Origin: the human T2T-CHM13v2.0 reference genome, Homo sapiens | DNA: 64,000 bases | Assembly (NCBI RefSeq): GCF_009914755.1 | Contig: NC_060931.1 | Reading direction: 5' to 3' (one strand) | Part shown: in pieces, positions 14,871-30,371 of the stretch | How positions within the stretch are numbered: the stretch's first letter is position 1 | Layout: each line of letters starts with the position of its first letter | The notes under the pieces: generated by a model | What the model was told of the DNA's origin: nothing | Databases searched by the model: none | Seen by the model: the letters and a program-made list of their open reading frames with translations, nothing else | Made by a program: the position numbers and the translations under genes

Positions 14871-15653
14871 TGAAATAAGATTTGGTTCTTATATGCTTCC
14901 TGCCATATCACTATATTCCCCCCATCCCCTAAGTCTCACTTGTGCTTTGGGAACTCCAGAGGAGAAATTAGAATTGTGGGGATAAATCAAAGCCATGAAG
15001 TCTTCCATGTGAACTGCATTTTGTGAAGATTCTGTATCTCTGGGAAGGTCAATTTCCAGCAAGAATCCCATATGAGGCTCATTCATACACCTTTGGCCTT
15101 CTAAACACAAAAAGCAAAAAAATGTTTAAACACCCTAGTTTAGAAGGACAAACAACATACAAAACAATGCAAAAACAAAATACAAAATGTAAAAACCCAC
15201 GCTGACTTTAACTCTGACTAACATAACCTTTGCAACTATTCTGAGAAACTAAAAATCAGAAGCTAAATCCTTCAGAGTTCCTCTCTAATTTAAACCATAA
15301 AAAGAATGAGAAGACTTCCTACATATTGATATGGAAAATTTTCCAAGACAAATCGTTAAGTGAAAAAGAGACCAGAATAGAAATGCTGGGGAAAAGCACA
15401 GACACAGGCAGAAATAAAAGCGGATACAAGGAGGGAGGGAAGTTGGGAATGGGTGGAGAAGGGGGAGGGTTGTGAGCAAGAGTTTTCCCCTTTTTAATGA
15501 TAATTCCCTTATGAACCATACAAATATATTAGCTATTCAAAAATTTAGAAATAAATAAAATGGGACAGTTGGTCTTAATTGAGAAGCCCAGTTTCTACAG
15601 CTACTTAAATATAAAATGAATGAAGTCACAATATTTTTAAAAAGCTGTGATTT

Positions 15654-15956
<303 letters not shown>

Positions 15957-16059
15957 GTAATTTGTTTGTGGATCATTGATCTTATTTTTATAGGTAGTTA
16001 TCACATGATGGTACCTGATACATTAATATAATTCTTTTCATTTCTATTTTTTTCCCTAG

Positions 16060-16167
<108 letters not shown>

Positions 16168-16279
16168 TGAGTAACGTAAAACCCAGATTTCCTATAAACA
16201 GAACAACACACTCTGAGCTTCCTTATACCATTTTGATAAATATAGTGAAGCCACTTTCTTTCGTTATAGTTACTGTATA

Positions 16280-16465
16280 TTGAGTGCTTCTATGCATTAA
16301 GCAGACAGTGTTTTACAGACATACTTAATCTTCAAAAATAGCCTATGAATAGTTTTGATTAGTCTCATTCTACAGGTGAGAAAAGAGAAATTCAGAAAAG
16401 CTAAGAAGCATCCCTAAGATCACACAGCTAGTACGTGGCAGAGCTAAGATTTGAACCTATGTACC
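16280..16465 (-). mobile_element. MIR SINE
   Basis: ctcattctacaggtgagaaaa...aagatcacacagctagt..gtggcagagctaagatttgaacc. Confidence 0.75.
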
Positions 16466-18028
16466 TACTCATGTCCTCTACTGCTGTGCTCTCCTTTTAG
16501 TTGTGGTAAGACTAAAAAGTACATAGTTTAGCCAAAGGCTGAAGTTGCTTTGTAGTTTCTTCTTTAAATGAGATGAGGAATGTAAGGCGCTCGGCCCCAG
16601 GCTTGGGACAAGACAGCTGTTATATATTATAGTTCATTTTCTTTTTTAAAGCTAGTAACCAAAAGTTACATAACCCAGAACAGGAGGACTTTAAAATAGC
16701 TGATGACAGCCAAAATTCATTCAAATCTCTCATATAACCAATAAGGCATATAACCAATAAACCACACAATTATGTGAAGGAAACAATTAGCTCATATGCA
16801 GAGTGAAGGCAGCAAAGACATGATTTAAATAATGGAAAACAGCCTGTGAGGGAAGGTGAGGAGCCTGAAGGTGGTTTTTTGGTTGGTTTTGTTTTGATTC
16901 TAGAGAGGCCTTAGTTAAGTGCCCTCCTGGGCCTAGAGGGGAACAGAGTCTTTCTCTCCCTCCTCAATGTGTCCATCGTCTTTCCAGACTTCTGGCCCCT
17001 GCTCTGCCTGTGCTTGGGCCGTGAAAGAAGAAGACACCTGGAAAAACATCAAGATAGATGTCTTCAGCTTAGCATCCGCTCACCTCTCCTGTCCCACCAG
17101 CCAGTTCTCCTTCCTGCCCTCCTTCCCTACCTTGGCATATTGGTGCCTACCCAAAAGGCTTGTGTTTTCTACCTCAGCATCCTAAATGATTGCCCAAGGG
17201 CCTGAGAAGGTTTGCAGGCTCCCAAAGTTCTCAATTTGCTTCTAGGACACGTCTCAGAAACGCTCCTTAGAAGATGCTGTCTCTCATGCTGTATATGCCT
17301 CAGTGTCTATTTTTTCTTGTGTGGATGTGGTTGGAAAAGAAGGGTTTTACAGAGAGAGATTAGCTTATAAACTTTTAAGTTAAAAATCAGCACAAACCTG
17401 TAAGCCAAGGAATAACTGGTGGCACATTTTAGCTGCTAGTTTGGTATCTAGGCTTTTAGCCAACAAAAAGCAGTATCCTCCACAGTATTTAATTTCCAGT
17501 AATTATCATGCTGATCCAGAGAGCACAATGCTGAAAGTACACTAAACAGATACTCTTTCTTCAGGAATTGTATTTAGCATGTCTCTAGTCACACATGAAG
17601 AGTCACGGAATTTATCTGATTGCATCAGGAACAAGAAATCAATAGTCTGGTTGACAGGAAGGACTTATTTCTGGTCCTCCAGTCTCCTATTTCTATAAAA
17701 AATGACTAAGTCACAAAGAAGCGCCAGGCACTGGAAGACCCAGGGGTTAAAGACAGAGGCTCTGCTGCCCTTTACCTCCAGGCCTTTTCTCACTTCTCTT
17801 AAGAAGTTTAGTTAACAATAAAAATCAGGATAATACTGATGACCTTTCAGGGTTATGGCAGGGCTTAAATAAGATTTCACATGCGTGAAAGCTCTATGCT
17901 TATCCTATAACGTGTTGTGCACGTGCAAGTATGATGCTCATTATTTCTCTCAGCCATCAGAAGAGAGGCACAGTTCTCCCCTCCCCTGCCGATTCCACAC
18001 AAACACCAGCTGTTCATTTCAGAGTTAG

Positions 18029-18283
<255 letters not shown>

Positions 18284-18445
18284 TGAAGTTTCAGCAGCTC
18301 CATTTTACGTACAAGGTAGCCAAAGGGAGAAAATGCCTATTGGGAAAGTCTGTTAGTCCACAGGGAGTGTCATGAAAACTTTTGATCCAGTGCACCTTCT
18401 GACACCCATGGCTTATGTGAATTTTGTCTATGCTAGCTGAATGTC

Positions 18446-18741
<296 letters not shown>

Positions 18742-19709
18742 CTAGCTGAATGTCATTTTAATATAAAACTGTTGTAAGAGGAATTTAAAAATAATAGGCA
18801 ATTTCTAGATGTTCATCCAAAATTTTGTTTATCTGGTATATAATTCTTATCTTCTGTAAGATTTTCTTTATTCAGTTCTAACAAGAGATTATCAAGTTCT
18901 CTATGACCAAGACCTTATTATTTGACACTTTGCTTTATCCTTGGTATTAGAAGAAATAAAATATGACACAGGAAATGAAAAACAAAGAAATTAAACATCC
19001 CATTGATGGACTTGTGTCACCTGCAAATAAAATTGCTTAGTGGTGACTAGGGGAAACAAAGATAAAAAAGCAGAGAAAGTAAATCAAGAAAATACAAATT
19101 TAGCAAATAATAATAATAATAATATCAACCCTAGGAAGTTGTAGTCTAATTTTACCTTAACATTAAAAAAAGTTGGACCTTGAAACTGGGATTTCAGTAG
19201 CTGCTACTTAATTTATTTCCGTGATCTTTCTGTTATGTTGAGCCAAGTGCCATTAAGAGCTAAAATGATTTAGAGATTTTTTTGGCTTTGGGGAGGGAGC
19301 TCTAAGCTGAGTTAGGGAATTCTGACTTCTAGGCTCCATCTTGGTGAGACTTTGCCCAAGTCATTCAGCCTCTCAGGACCTCAGTTTTCTCATCTGAAGC
19401 AGCTAGACTAAAATTGCTGATTCCTGAAGACTAGAAAAGTCTATGATTCTGTGATTCCTGGGTTCTATTTTGGGTGTGGCCATTGTATGTCAGGGTGAGA
19501 ACAGATGATATCATAGGCCTCAGTTCTGCAAATCCCATTGATTTTGCTTTTTTTCTTTGCTACTTTTAAAGAATGTTAGCAAAATCAGGAGGGTCAGTGG
19601 TATGAACTTCAGGCAAATCATGGCACTGTTCTAAGCCTCAGTTTCTTTTCTGGAAATCAGAGGGTTGAATAAATTGCTTTCTAAGGCCCTTTCTAACTTT
19701 GACCTTCTA

Positions 19710-20302
<593 letters not shown>

Positions 20303-21212
20303 GTAAGTATTTTATCCCTAGAAATTTGTTTTCTAACCTCTTTTGAGACTTCATTCATTCTACAAGTATTTACTGGGGTCCAATCAGGAATAGGCCCTAG
20401 ACCCTCTTCCCTTTGTGTAGGGCAATGAGAATTAAAATATAACATCCTTGCCTTCAAATAATTTACAGTCTATTTGGGGATTAAAAAAACACATATGTTA
20501 AAACCCAGGTAGTAATAACTATGCCAGACAAAAACATTAGAGATGTTTCTAGGCAGAATTTGAGTAAGTTTCAAATAAGTAGTATAGACAGTTGAGAGTT
20601 CATAGAAGGAAGAGATCCAGGTTAGTTGGACTAACAGGCTTTGTGCGGCAGTTGGCTGAAGGAAAGAAATCATGTCAAGTGTTTGAGAACTATGTGAGCT
20701 GAGAGACAGTGGAAACATGTATTGGAGGTAGGGTTGCCCAGTTGCAGCAAAAAGTAAAATATACTAGTGGAATAAATAAGTAGAAAATCCTGGCACCAAA
20801 TGCCATGCTATGCTTTGAACTTGGAGTTTGCCTCTAAATCAGTGTTTTTCTAAGTGAGTTCCAGGGCAAACTGATTCAGAGGAATGTTCACAGATTTTGC
20901 AATAACAAAAGGGCTCTGTGATACCAAGGGAATTTGGAAAACCCAGACTTAAACTAAAGAGGGTATTTTGGGGTGTGTGTGTGTTTCTGTTTTGTCTTTT
21001 ACTGTCTTGGAGCCTTTGATATGCTACTGTCTTCTCAGAGCTTCTGGGTAGGAGTAGGGTAGCCTGGGAGTAGACAGAGATCTACTCCATCAGACCTTAC
21101 AATTTCTTTTTTGGCAGGATAGCTCAAGGAATTATACCCTTTGAGAAATAGCCTTTCCAGATAACAGTTGCCATTAATAAGCTTTAGGTGCCAGGCATTT
21201 TAAGTAACTTGA

Positions 21213-21329
<117 letters not shown>

Positions 21330-21953
21330 TGACATCTTTCTTTTCCCCCTTAAATTATTTCCTTTCCCTGATGAGAGCAGTTAGAGGGTCTAAAATTAAA
21401 TCTATCCTCTTTAGTATCCAGATGTGAATGAACAAATGACATGTACGTATCAAAGAACAACTGAGCTATTCTTATAGGCAAGCGGGAGTGGAAGGGAATG
21501 AAATAAAATCAGCAGCGCTGCCTGGAAACACAGGATGTGATTTTTTTCCCCACCATGAACAGTGTCTGCATTATTTTCTATACTTTATTTTTACTGAAAG
21601 GAACAAAATAAGTGCAAATTCAATGCCAGAAAACTACCCACCATAGAAGGCAGTCTAAGTCCATAAACTTTTGGAGCTGTTAACTTTTACTCAGATTCTT
21701 CTGGCCAGTGTATTTCTTGGCAAAGTTCCACAATCATCCAGAAAACAAAAGTTTCCTGGCTCCTCTGTTCTCCCAGTTTTCTTCCTAGACAACATCAAAG
21801 TTTGGGCTGAGGTGAAACCCATCCTTAAAAATTCATCTCCTTGATGTCTTGCTTACCAAGGAACAGTGTGTAGGTCTTTTGGATAATTTGATATGAATGG
21901 TTGAAAGATTTCAAATCTTTGACAATTAAGTTGACAGTGTTTTCTTCGTTTAG

Positions 21954-22283
<330 letters not shown>

Positions 22284-22324
22284 TAATTTTTCTAGGTGAA
22301 TGCTTTTGTAAAAAAGTGTAATAT

Positions 22325-22536
22325 TTTAAAGCATAGGCTCTGGAGCCAGACTACCTGGGGGAGATACTGGCTTCACCACTTACTAGCAGTACGACCCTGG
22401 GCAAGTTGCTTAATCTGTCTATATCTCAGTTTCTTCATCTGTAATATGGAGGTAATGATGGTATCTACCTTCACAGGTTGTTACAAGGATTAAATAAGCT
22501 AATAGATATAAGGTGTTTAGAAGAGTGTCTGGTTCA
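22325..22536 (+). mobile_element. MIR SINE, interrupted by the Alu at 22537
   Basis: ggctctggagccagact...gggcaagttgcttaa...ctcagtttcttcatctgtaa. Confidence 0.8.
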
Positions 22537-22829
22537 GGCTGGGCATGGTGGCTCACGCCTGTAATCCCAGCACTTCGGGAGGCTGAGGCAGGTGGATCAT
22601 GAGGTCAGGAGTTCAAGACCAGCCTGGCCAATATGGTGAAACCCCGTCTCTACCAAAAATACAAAAATTAGCTGGGCATGGTGGCGCACACCTGTAGTCC
22701 CAGCTCCTAGGAGGCTGTGGCAGGAGAATCGCTTGAACCCGGGAGGTGGAGGTTGCAGCTGAGATTGTGCCACTGTACTCCAGCCTGGGTGACAGAGTGA
22801 GACTTCATCTCAAAAAAAAAAAAAAAAAA
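22537..22829 (+). mobile_element. AluS-like element
   Basis: Full dimer; TSD aagagtgtctggttca / aagaatatctggttca. Confidence 0.95.
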
Positions 22830-23929
22830 GAATATCTGGTTCAAAGATACTCCCCAGCAAATTAATTCACATTTATTATGTTTTATCTTTCTGAGAATGT
22901 ATAACAAGTGGTATATGAAAAGAAAAAAATGGGCAAAAGTTTATTAAGTATTACATTTCTATTTGTTATGTTAACAGCAACAGGATAAGGAATACCAGGT
23001 GTATGTTAGGACTGGAAAAGCCAGGCATTATTAAGAGGTTAGAGTAGGAAGCAGGTCAGACATCTGGAAGGTCAAAGCAAGAGTTGAGGAGTATGCAGGA
23101 TAGAAACATTAATGATATCAGAAACCAGTTATGCAAGCTGAAGTTCATTAATTCTGTCAACAAATAGATGTGAAATGCCTAATGTGTACTGAGCACTCTG
23201 CCAGGCACAAGAGACTAGTGATGAAGTAGACACAGTTTCTACCTACGTGGGACTTAGCAGTCTGGAGGAGAAGGCAAACATTAAGTCATCTTATAAATAA
23301 CAATTGTAGTAAGTGCTCCAAAGAAGATGAATAGGACATCACCTGAAGCATCAAGTTCAGTGAAGCTTCAGGTAGGTATCAAAAGGGTCAGGCAGAAAAG
23401 TAAGCAGGTCAAGACACCAACAATCAGATGTAATAATATAAAGCTGACTCCTAACTGAGGTTCCACTTAGCTAAGGCTTCTTTGCTACCTCTATAAGGGG
23501 AGGAAATGATTCCAGGATGTGGGTACTAGGTAGGTAGGGTAGAGAAGTGATTGTGCTTGGCAAAAGAGTATGAGAATATGCTGACAGGTTCTGTTCTAGT
23601 TCTCTTAGCAGATTTTGTTATTAGCTCATTTGAAAACACTCTTGTTCTTTGTTGTACATTTCACTCTAAGCATTGGCTGAGATCCATTGTAGACTATATT
23701 GGCCAGAGAGTTCAATGAATTACTTTTGGGGACAGTCTTAACATATTTAATGCCAGAATATTTCCCACACAACGAATATTTACTTTCAAATATTATAATG
23801 ACAGTTATGATAGCTAAAGAAGACTCCAAACTTTATACTTGAACAGAGGTCTTGATTTGTTTTCCTCCATAATTCTCAAATTCTCTTTTATTATTGACTA
23901 TGGGTCTTGTGTCTTGACTTTTTAAAATT

Positions 23930-24075
23930 AAATGTTTATTTTGACATAATTGTAAATTCACATGTAGTTGTAAGGAATAATATTTAGATCCTATATACCC
24001 CTTACCCAGTTTCTCCCAATGAGTAACATCTTGTAAAACTGTAGCATAAAATCACAGTAGGACACTGACATTCAA
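23930..24075 (-). mobile_element. L1M (L1MB-like) 3' fragment
   Basis: tttattttg..ataattgtaaattcaca...ataccccttacccagtttc...aacatcttg. Confidence 0.6.
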
Positions 24076-24457
24076 AATAGAGGCCTTGACTTTTAGGTCA
24101 ATAGTAACATTTTGAACCCGATAAGCATAGCCACACCCATATCTCTTCTCCAATCAGCAGGGCCTATATTAAGAAGCCTCCTGTACTCTCTTCTTTCCAC
24201 AAATGCTTATTTAGCACCTCCACGCTATCAAGTGCTGTGCTATTGAGCGCTGGATGTTGCCATCTCTTGAGATATAATCCTAATTATACCATTACTGTAG
24301 TTTGAAAACCTCCATGGTTTTGCAATAATAACCTTTCCTTAAAGTCCTGATTAACCATGAAAGTAATAATGTTTCTCCTGAGCAAGTAACTGAATGCTAC
24401 TGAATTATGGGCAGATAAGGTTGTTAATTGTTACAAACTCTCCTTTTTTATTTTTAG

Positions 24458-24512
24458 ATTGTCAAAGAATTCCAAAGAATTGATGTGAATGTGTATTTTG
24501 CATCACTTCAAG
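24458..24512 (+). CDS. SLC26A4: Pendrin exon 18 (55 nt)
   Basis: ttttag|ATT...CAA G|gtaaat; IVKEFQRIDVNVYFASLQ. Confidence 0.97.
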
Positions 24513-25101
24513 GTAAATACATATATCTACATATCTACCTGTAAGACTTTCCCGTAAGCCCTTTCTCCTATCTGGGACTGTGGTCACATTATGTCTGAAG
24601 GCCTTTTTTTTTTTTCTTTTAAAGATCTCAATTGTCATTATTTGCAGTTCTGGAATCTGGCACTGCTTCATTCCATAAAACAGAATAAGTGTTCCAAGGA
24701 ACTAAGCAGGAGTTCAGTATTATACACAGAAAAGGCCAAAGACAGCAAAAGCAAGCAACAAAGAGTATATTAGTCCATTCAAAGTTACTTTCTTGTAAGT
24801 CAGAGACAGTGAGACAGAACAATAGGAAAATAATGGATTAGTTAACATGAGGTCATGTCAGGATACTTTTTTGTATGAGGATTATTGCAGAGGAAGCTTT
24901 ATTATTATGCCAACTGGAAATTTAAACTGTCCTGTTTTAGGAAATTTGCTATTACCTCTCTCTCCTGATTTCTTCAAGTATCAGATAACAATTTAGTTTA
25001 GGTTTGATAACTTGAAACTTTAGCATGAGTGACTCCATTTTGATTTTTAGTCTTGTCTGTTGTCGTCTAGTGCGGGAGCTTAGTCTAAAACAATGGCCTT
25101 T

Positions 25102-25253
25102 TATTTTTATTTTTTATTTTACTATGTGCCTGTGCCTTGCATGACCCCAGGATGGGCACAGCTGCTTGGCCCCTGAGCCACCGAAGGCTGCTCTACTCCT
25201 TCGTTCTGGCTACTAAAAGCTGCAAAGCTCTGGGAGGGCAAAGCTCAAGAAGA
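25102..25253 (-). pseudogene. Short retroposed RNA copy of unidentified parent (H/ACA snoRNA-like or mRNA 3' end)
   Basis: T-rich tail 25099-25120, 133-nt GC-richer body 25121-25253, perfect TSD ctaaaacaatggccttt at 25085-25101 and 25254-25270. Confidence 0.75.
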
Positions 25254-26424
25254 CTAAAACAATGGCCTTTACCATTTTTGTTTGATGATTTTCCCCGTTT
25301 TGATCAGGCTCTCACCTAGGTAAGAGTGAACAAAATGTAGGAGATCAGTGCTACTCTGTTACCATCATTTTGGGTTTCTGGTCTCAGGAGGTCATGTGTA
25401 GCTTATGGTGCCCTCCTCATTATCATGTATGTCTCTGAGTTTTTGTTGTTTCAGAGAGAGACCATTCGATGTCTGACAGGTGGCTTTTTGGAAACATTTA
25501 AAACTTTGAGAGGGTATAATGTACCAGGAAGACTGCTATTATGACTATCAGGGAGATAATACCAAGGGTTTATAGTATGCTCCTTAGCCAGGATTCTCAT
25601 GAATCAAACCAACTAAAATTGAATAGCCTGACAAGGAGACTACCTGTTTTAACCAAGAAGTCTTCTCTGTAGTACCTGATGTATTTATATATGTGGAACA
25701 AGAAGTGTCACCCAACTGCACAGATGCTTCCTTGTTGAGTTAGCAGGTAATCTAGCATTCCATGACTGGTTAAATTAAAGCAGAAAGTGTAAGTTACCCA
25801 AAGAAGCTACTCATTGTGAAGTTTTAACTACAGCACTATCCTGCCAAGTGAAAGAGGTAGGCACAAGTAAGGGAAAATTAAAAGGGATAAGCATCTTATG
25901 ATAGGGAGTCTTGTTCTGACAGTCTTGGAGCTGTCTACAGCATGAAGTTGACAACTTCTTGTTTTGGTTTGTAGTTTTATTGTCTCTAGTTGTGGCATCC
26001 AGCATTCTGGCGAACTCTCTATGTGGCCCACAGTTTAAGCATGAGATTCATCTCTTGAAATTTACACTGAGTTGCTCAGCTTCAGCTTACAGAGCTTCAG
26101 GAACTGAGTAGTTCTTGGTCTTCATTGGAGTGTTGTAGCCAGATATTAGTGAAAGCTAAAAGAATTAAGAATCCAGCTCAGTCTACAGGTAGATAATAAA
26201 AACTCATAAATATTGAACAGGGCTACAGTCTAAGAACAGTTTTACTATGCTTTTCTTTTGAACCATATGTTTTTCTTTCTATAGTCACCTCCATTTCTAT
26301 CAAAGACGATCATGGTAGACCAATTTGTTTACAAAATAAGTTTGGTCTCAAACTTGGCCTGATTGATTATTTACACAGTACAGCAAGAATAACTACATAG
26401 GTGACTCCTTTCAAATTTGCTTTG

Positions 26425-26593
26425 CCAAGCCTGGCGAGGTATTGCTTGCCTGTGAGCCCAGCTACTTGGGAGGCTGAGGTGAGAGGATTGCTTGAGCCCA
26501 GGAATTCAAGGCTGCAGTGCACTATGATTGTGCCTGTGAATAGCCACTGCACTATAGCCTGGACAACACAGTGAGACCATGTCTCCAAAAAAT
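26425..26593 (+). mobile_element. Alu monomer (FRAM/AluJ right arm)
   Basis: cctgtgagcccagctacttggg...gtgaatagccactgcact; TSD-like aat(t)tgctttg. Confidence 0.85.
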
Positions 26594-27014
26594 AATTGCT
26601 TTGATAGAAATTTTGACAAGGAATCTCAGATTGGACTTTTTAAAACGTCTTGATGCTATGAAGTCAAACCAAGGCAGACATTAGGCTTTGCCTGATGTAT
26701 CTAATATCTTGAAGTTACTGGGCCTCCCAGGAAGGAACGACTTTTTATTCACTCATTGTAAGGCTAGCAGCCCTTGAAGCCAGGAATTCTGTGCACATTT
26801 TCAAATATGATATTCTATTCAAAGCCTTGATAATATAACCAATGTTTTCCAATTGTATTCTATTTAAAAGAACAGATTCTATTGAACTTTCATGTAAATA
26901 ATCATATTGCCATAAAAATAAGAATACTCACAAAGAGTTTCCAAATTCTGGAAGGATCAGGTAGAGAGGAAAAGCAAATGTTTCAATTTTTGTTTATGAA
27001 AGTATGCTTAACAA

Positions 27015-27279
27015 GGCTGGGTGCGGTGGCTCACATCTGTAATCCCAGCACTTTGGGAAGCCAAGGCGGACAATTGCTTTGAGCTCAGAGTTTGAGACCA
27101 GCCTGGCAACATGGCAAAACGCCGTTACTACAAAAAATACAAAAAATTAGCTGGGCATGGAGCCTGAGGCTGAGAATCACTTGAGCTGGGGAAGTGGAGG
27201 TAGCAGTGAGCCCAGATGGTGCCACTGCACTCCAACCTGGGTGACAGAGTGAGACCCTGTCTCAAAAAATAAAAAAAAA
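27015..27279 (+). mobile_element. AluJ/S-like element with internal deletion
   Basis: Dimer; TSD aaagtatgcttaac. Confidence 0.92.
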
Positions 27280-28698
27280 GTATGCTTAACCAAGTGGCTG
27301 TAAACTGCAGATAGCTTTAAAGAAAAATTTTCTTTAGATCTGGAAAACAAATATTAAAAGAACCAGCAATGTTTCAAATAAAAAAGCCATAAAACCTGTA
27401 ATTCTTCTCCATCAGTTCATTCAGTCTCATGTAATTAATTCTTGCTCTGTTTGATCTTGGCTGGTAGTTTAATTCCAACGAATGGTATGAATTCAAAGTT
27501 ATTAGAAACCTGTATTTGTCAGAGTTCTTTTCATTCTTCCCATATAACTCTTTGAAGTCACAGCACTTTAGAATTATAATGGCTTACAAAGAGCTTTCAG
27601 AAAAAGTATCAGAACAAAACAATTAACTGTGGACAACAAGACTTAAAGTGGCTATATTTAAAGATCTGATGTGAGTTACCCAATTGACAAGGATATTTGG
27701 ATATTTCTGTGGCACACAACAATTTAAAATAACCAAAATTATGACTGGTAGCATTTATACCAAGACCTATCACATTTCTAGGAATGTTATATAATTTTGG
27801 AACATATTAATAACATATCTATAAAAATATAGCACAAAGAAAGTTAAACATCATTTCTTATTTTAACAGTGCTTCCCATATAATTTAACCTATCAGATAA
27901 GGCCATTTGGTTTAACATCTCTCTTTTACAGATTCTTTAAGAAATTCCAGGGTCCTCTGGAACATCCCAAAGTTAGTTCAAGGTCAAAAAGACTTAATTT
28001 TGATTTTTGAGAAGTTTGTCAAATACCAAAGGTTTAAAACATTTGATCAAAATCGGATCATAGGTCACTATGAAATAAAACCAAAGTGAAAAAAGAGTTC
28101 AAAGGCAAAAAGCACAAGAAGAGTTATATTGATGAAACATGAAATCTCTGTTTTCTAGGCCAGTTACCTGGAAGAGAAAATCCTCTCACAATTTTCTATT
28201 AAGAGTAAACCAATCCTCTGAGAAAACTCTATTGTTCCAACACATAGGCCCACACTTTAGCCTTCCATCAGTGTACTTTAATATTAATGCTCAATTTTTA
28301 GAAAAACTTATAAATAATTCCCTTCTACTTTTAGCCAACTCAATCACATAAAATTTTTCATGATATTTATCTTCTACAAACCTTCTACAACTTGCTTAAA
28401 CCTTCATTTGGTCCTATACTTCCTTTTTTAAAATTGGCATTGTACCTTAGGACAAAGATTTACTTTTCTTTTCTCCTTATCATTTTGACCATATAAGGTT
28501 ATCTCCTATACAAAAGAAAAAATTACTCTCTTTTCAATTTTCTTTATCTCTTCATACTTGTAAATTTCTTCTCACATCTTTCCTACCTAGTGGTTCCTTC
28601 CTGCCTTGTTTTGATTTCCTTCATAAGTCCATATTTAGAAACAACCTTTAAATAACCTCTGATTGCCAAGCTAGAGTTAAGTTTTAAATAAATAAATA

Positions 28699-28845
28699 GG
28701 CCGGTCATGGCGGCTCACATCTGTAATCCCAGCACTTTGGGAGGCAAAGGTCAGAGGATCACTTCAGGCCAGGAGTTTGAGACCAGCCTGAGCAACATGG
28801 TGAGACCCCGTCTCTATTATTTTTTTTTTAAAAAACAAAAAGCAT
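28699..28845 (+). mobile_element. Alu left monomer (FLAM-like)
   Basis: ggccggtcatggcggctcac...gagaccccgtctcta. Confidence 0.85.
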
Positions 28846-29397
28846 AAAAACTCTGAGAACATTTTGAACCCAGAAAGATATTACTTCCAATTTGTGCCAC
28901 AGAGCTGGTAATGTATGGAAATGTGTATCTTGACAGTGGGTGGGGGTGGGGTGAATATTGACAATGGGGGGATGTTGTTATGAGGAGAGCAAAGCTGGAG
29001 ATTACTTAGATTCCTTAGAACAGGAGGACTCTCAAGGGTGTGAGTCTCTGTGTGTTTCTTTATGAATGTATGTGTGTAGGAAAGTGCTAAGGCTTAGGTT
29101 GAATTCTTTAGCAGCAGAGCCCAAGATGGGGATTCTTGCACAAGCGATTTATTGAGAATACATCTGAGGAAATTTATGAAGCAGTGAGGGGAGCAGGATA
29201 GGGAAGGGGAAGAAGCTGATCAAAGACATGGTTTCTGAAGTCCAGCGTAGATCCCTGATTTCACAGGGAGCACCACCACAGGAAGAGTACCAGAAGGTTA
29301 TGCCTCCTTGAGGCAAGAGGACCTGCTTTCTCCCCCAGTAATGAGTCAGTCAGTGGCTGCAGGCCAGCCATGTGTGGGGATGAAACCTCCCAGTTCT

Positions 29398-29668
29398 CTT
29401 TATTTACTTATTTATTTGAGACAGGGTCTTGCTCTGTCACCCAGGCTGGAGTGCAGTGGTGCAACTGTGGCTCACTGCAGCCTCAAACTCCTGGGCTCAA
29501 GTGATCCTCCCATCTCAGCCTCCTGAGTAGCTGAGACTATAGGTGCACAACCACACCTGGCTAATTTTTGTATTTTTTTATAAAGATGGGGTTTCACCAT
29601 ATTGCCCAGAAGTTCTGGGTTCAAAGTGATCTGCCCTCCTCGGCCTCTCAAAGTGCTGGAATTACAGA
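29398..29668 (-). mobile_element. AluJ-like element, probably inside an old MLT1-type LTR (~29075-29810)
   Basis: (TTTA)n tail + gagacagggtcttgctctg...ctcctgggctcaagtgatcctccc. Confidence 0.88.
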
Positions 29669-29972
29669 CCCAGTCCTCTTTAGATGACACAGCTCCCAAC
29701 GGGCAAGGGAAAGTCTCCAGAGAAGGGCACAGCTGTGAAACATTGGCAGCCTGGCCCACAGCAGCAGGAGGATGGATACACTGGCTTGGCCAAAGGGACG
29801 TGATCGTCCACAAGGTTGACTACGACCAGTTATGGGATAACCATTCTATATACTACTGGAAAAGAAACTGTCATTTCAAATCTGGGTCACATTTTGGATA
29901 AGAGAAAAATAAATAAATAAAAGGAGGAGCTACAAAAACTTAGTATAGGTTGATGCTTTAAAATTTCTTTTC

Positions 29973-30371
<399 letters not shown>

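Larger units (their letters stand above)
24840..28660 (-). mobile_element. Degraded ERV1 (MER31/MER4-group) LTR and internal sequence
   Basis: catgagtgactccattttg...ctagtgcgggagcttagtctaaaacaatggcc is the reverse of the recalled MER31 LTR start, followed by AT-rich MER4-int-like sequence. Interrupted by two Alus and a small retroposed insert. Confidence 0.6.
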
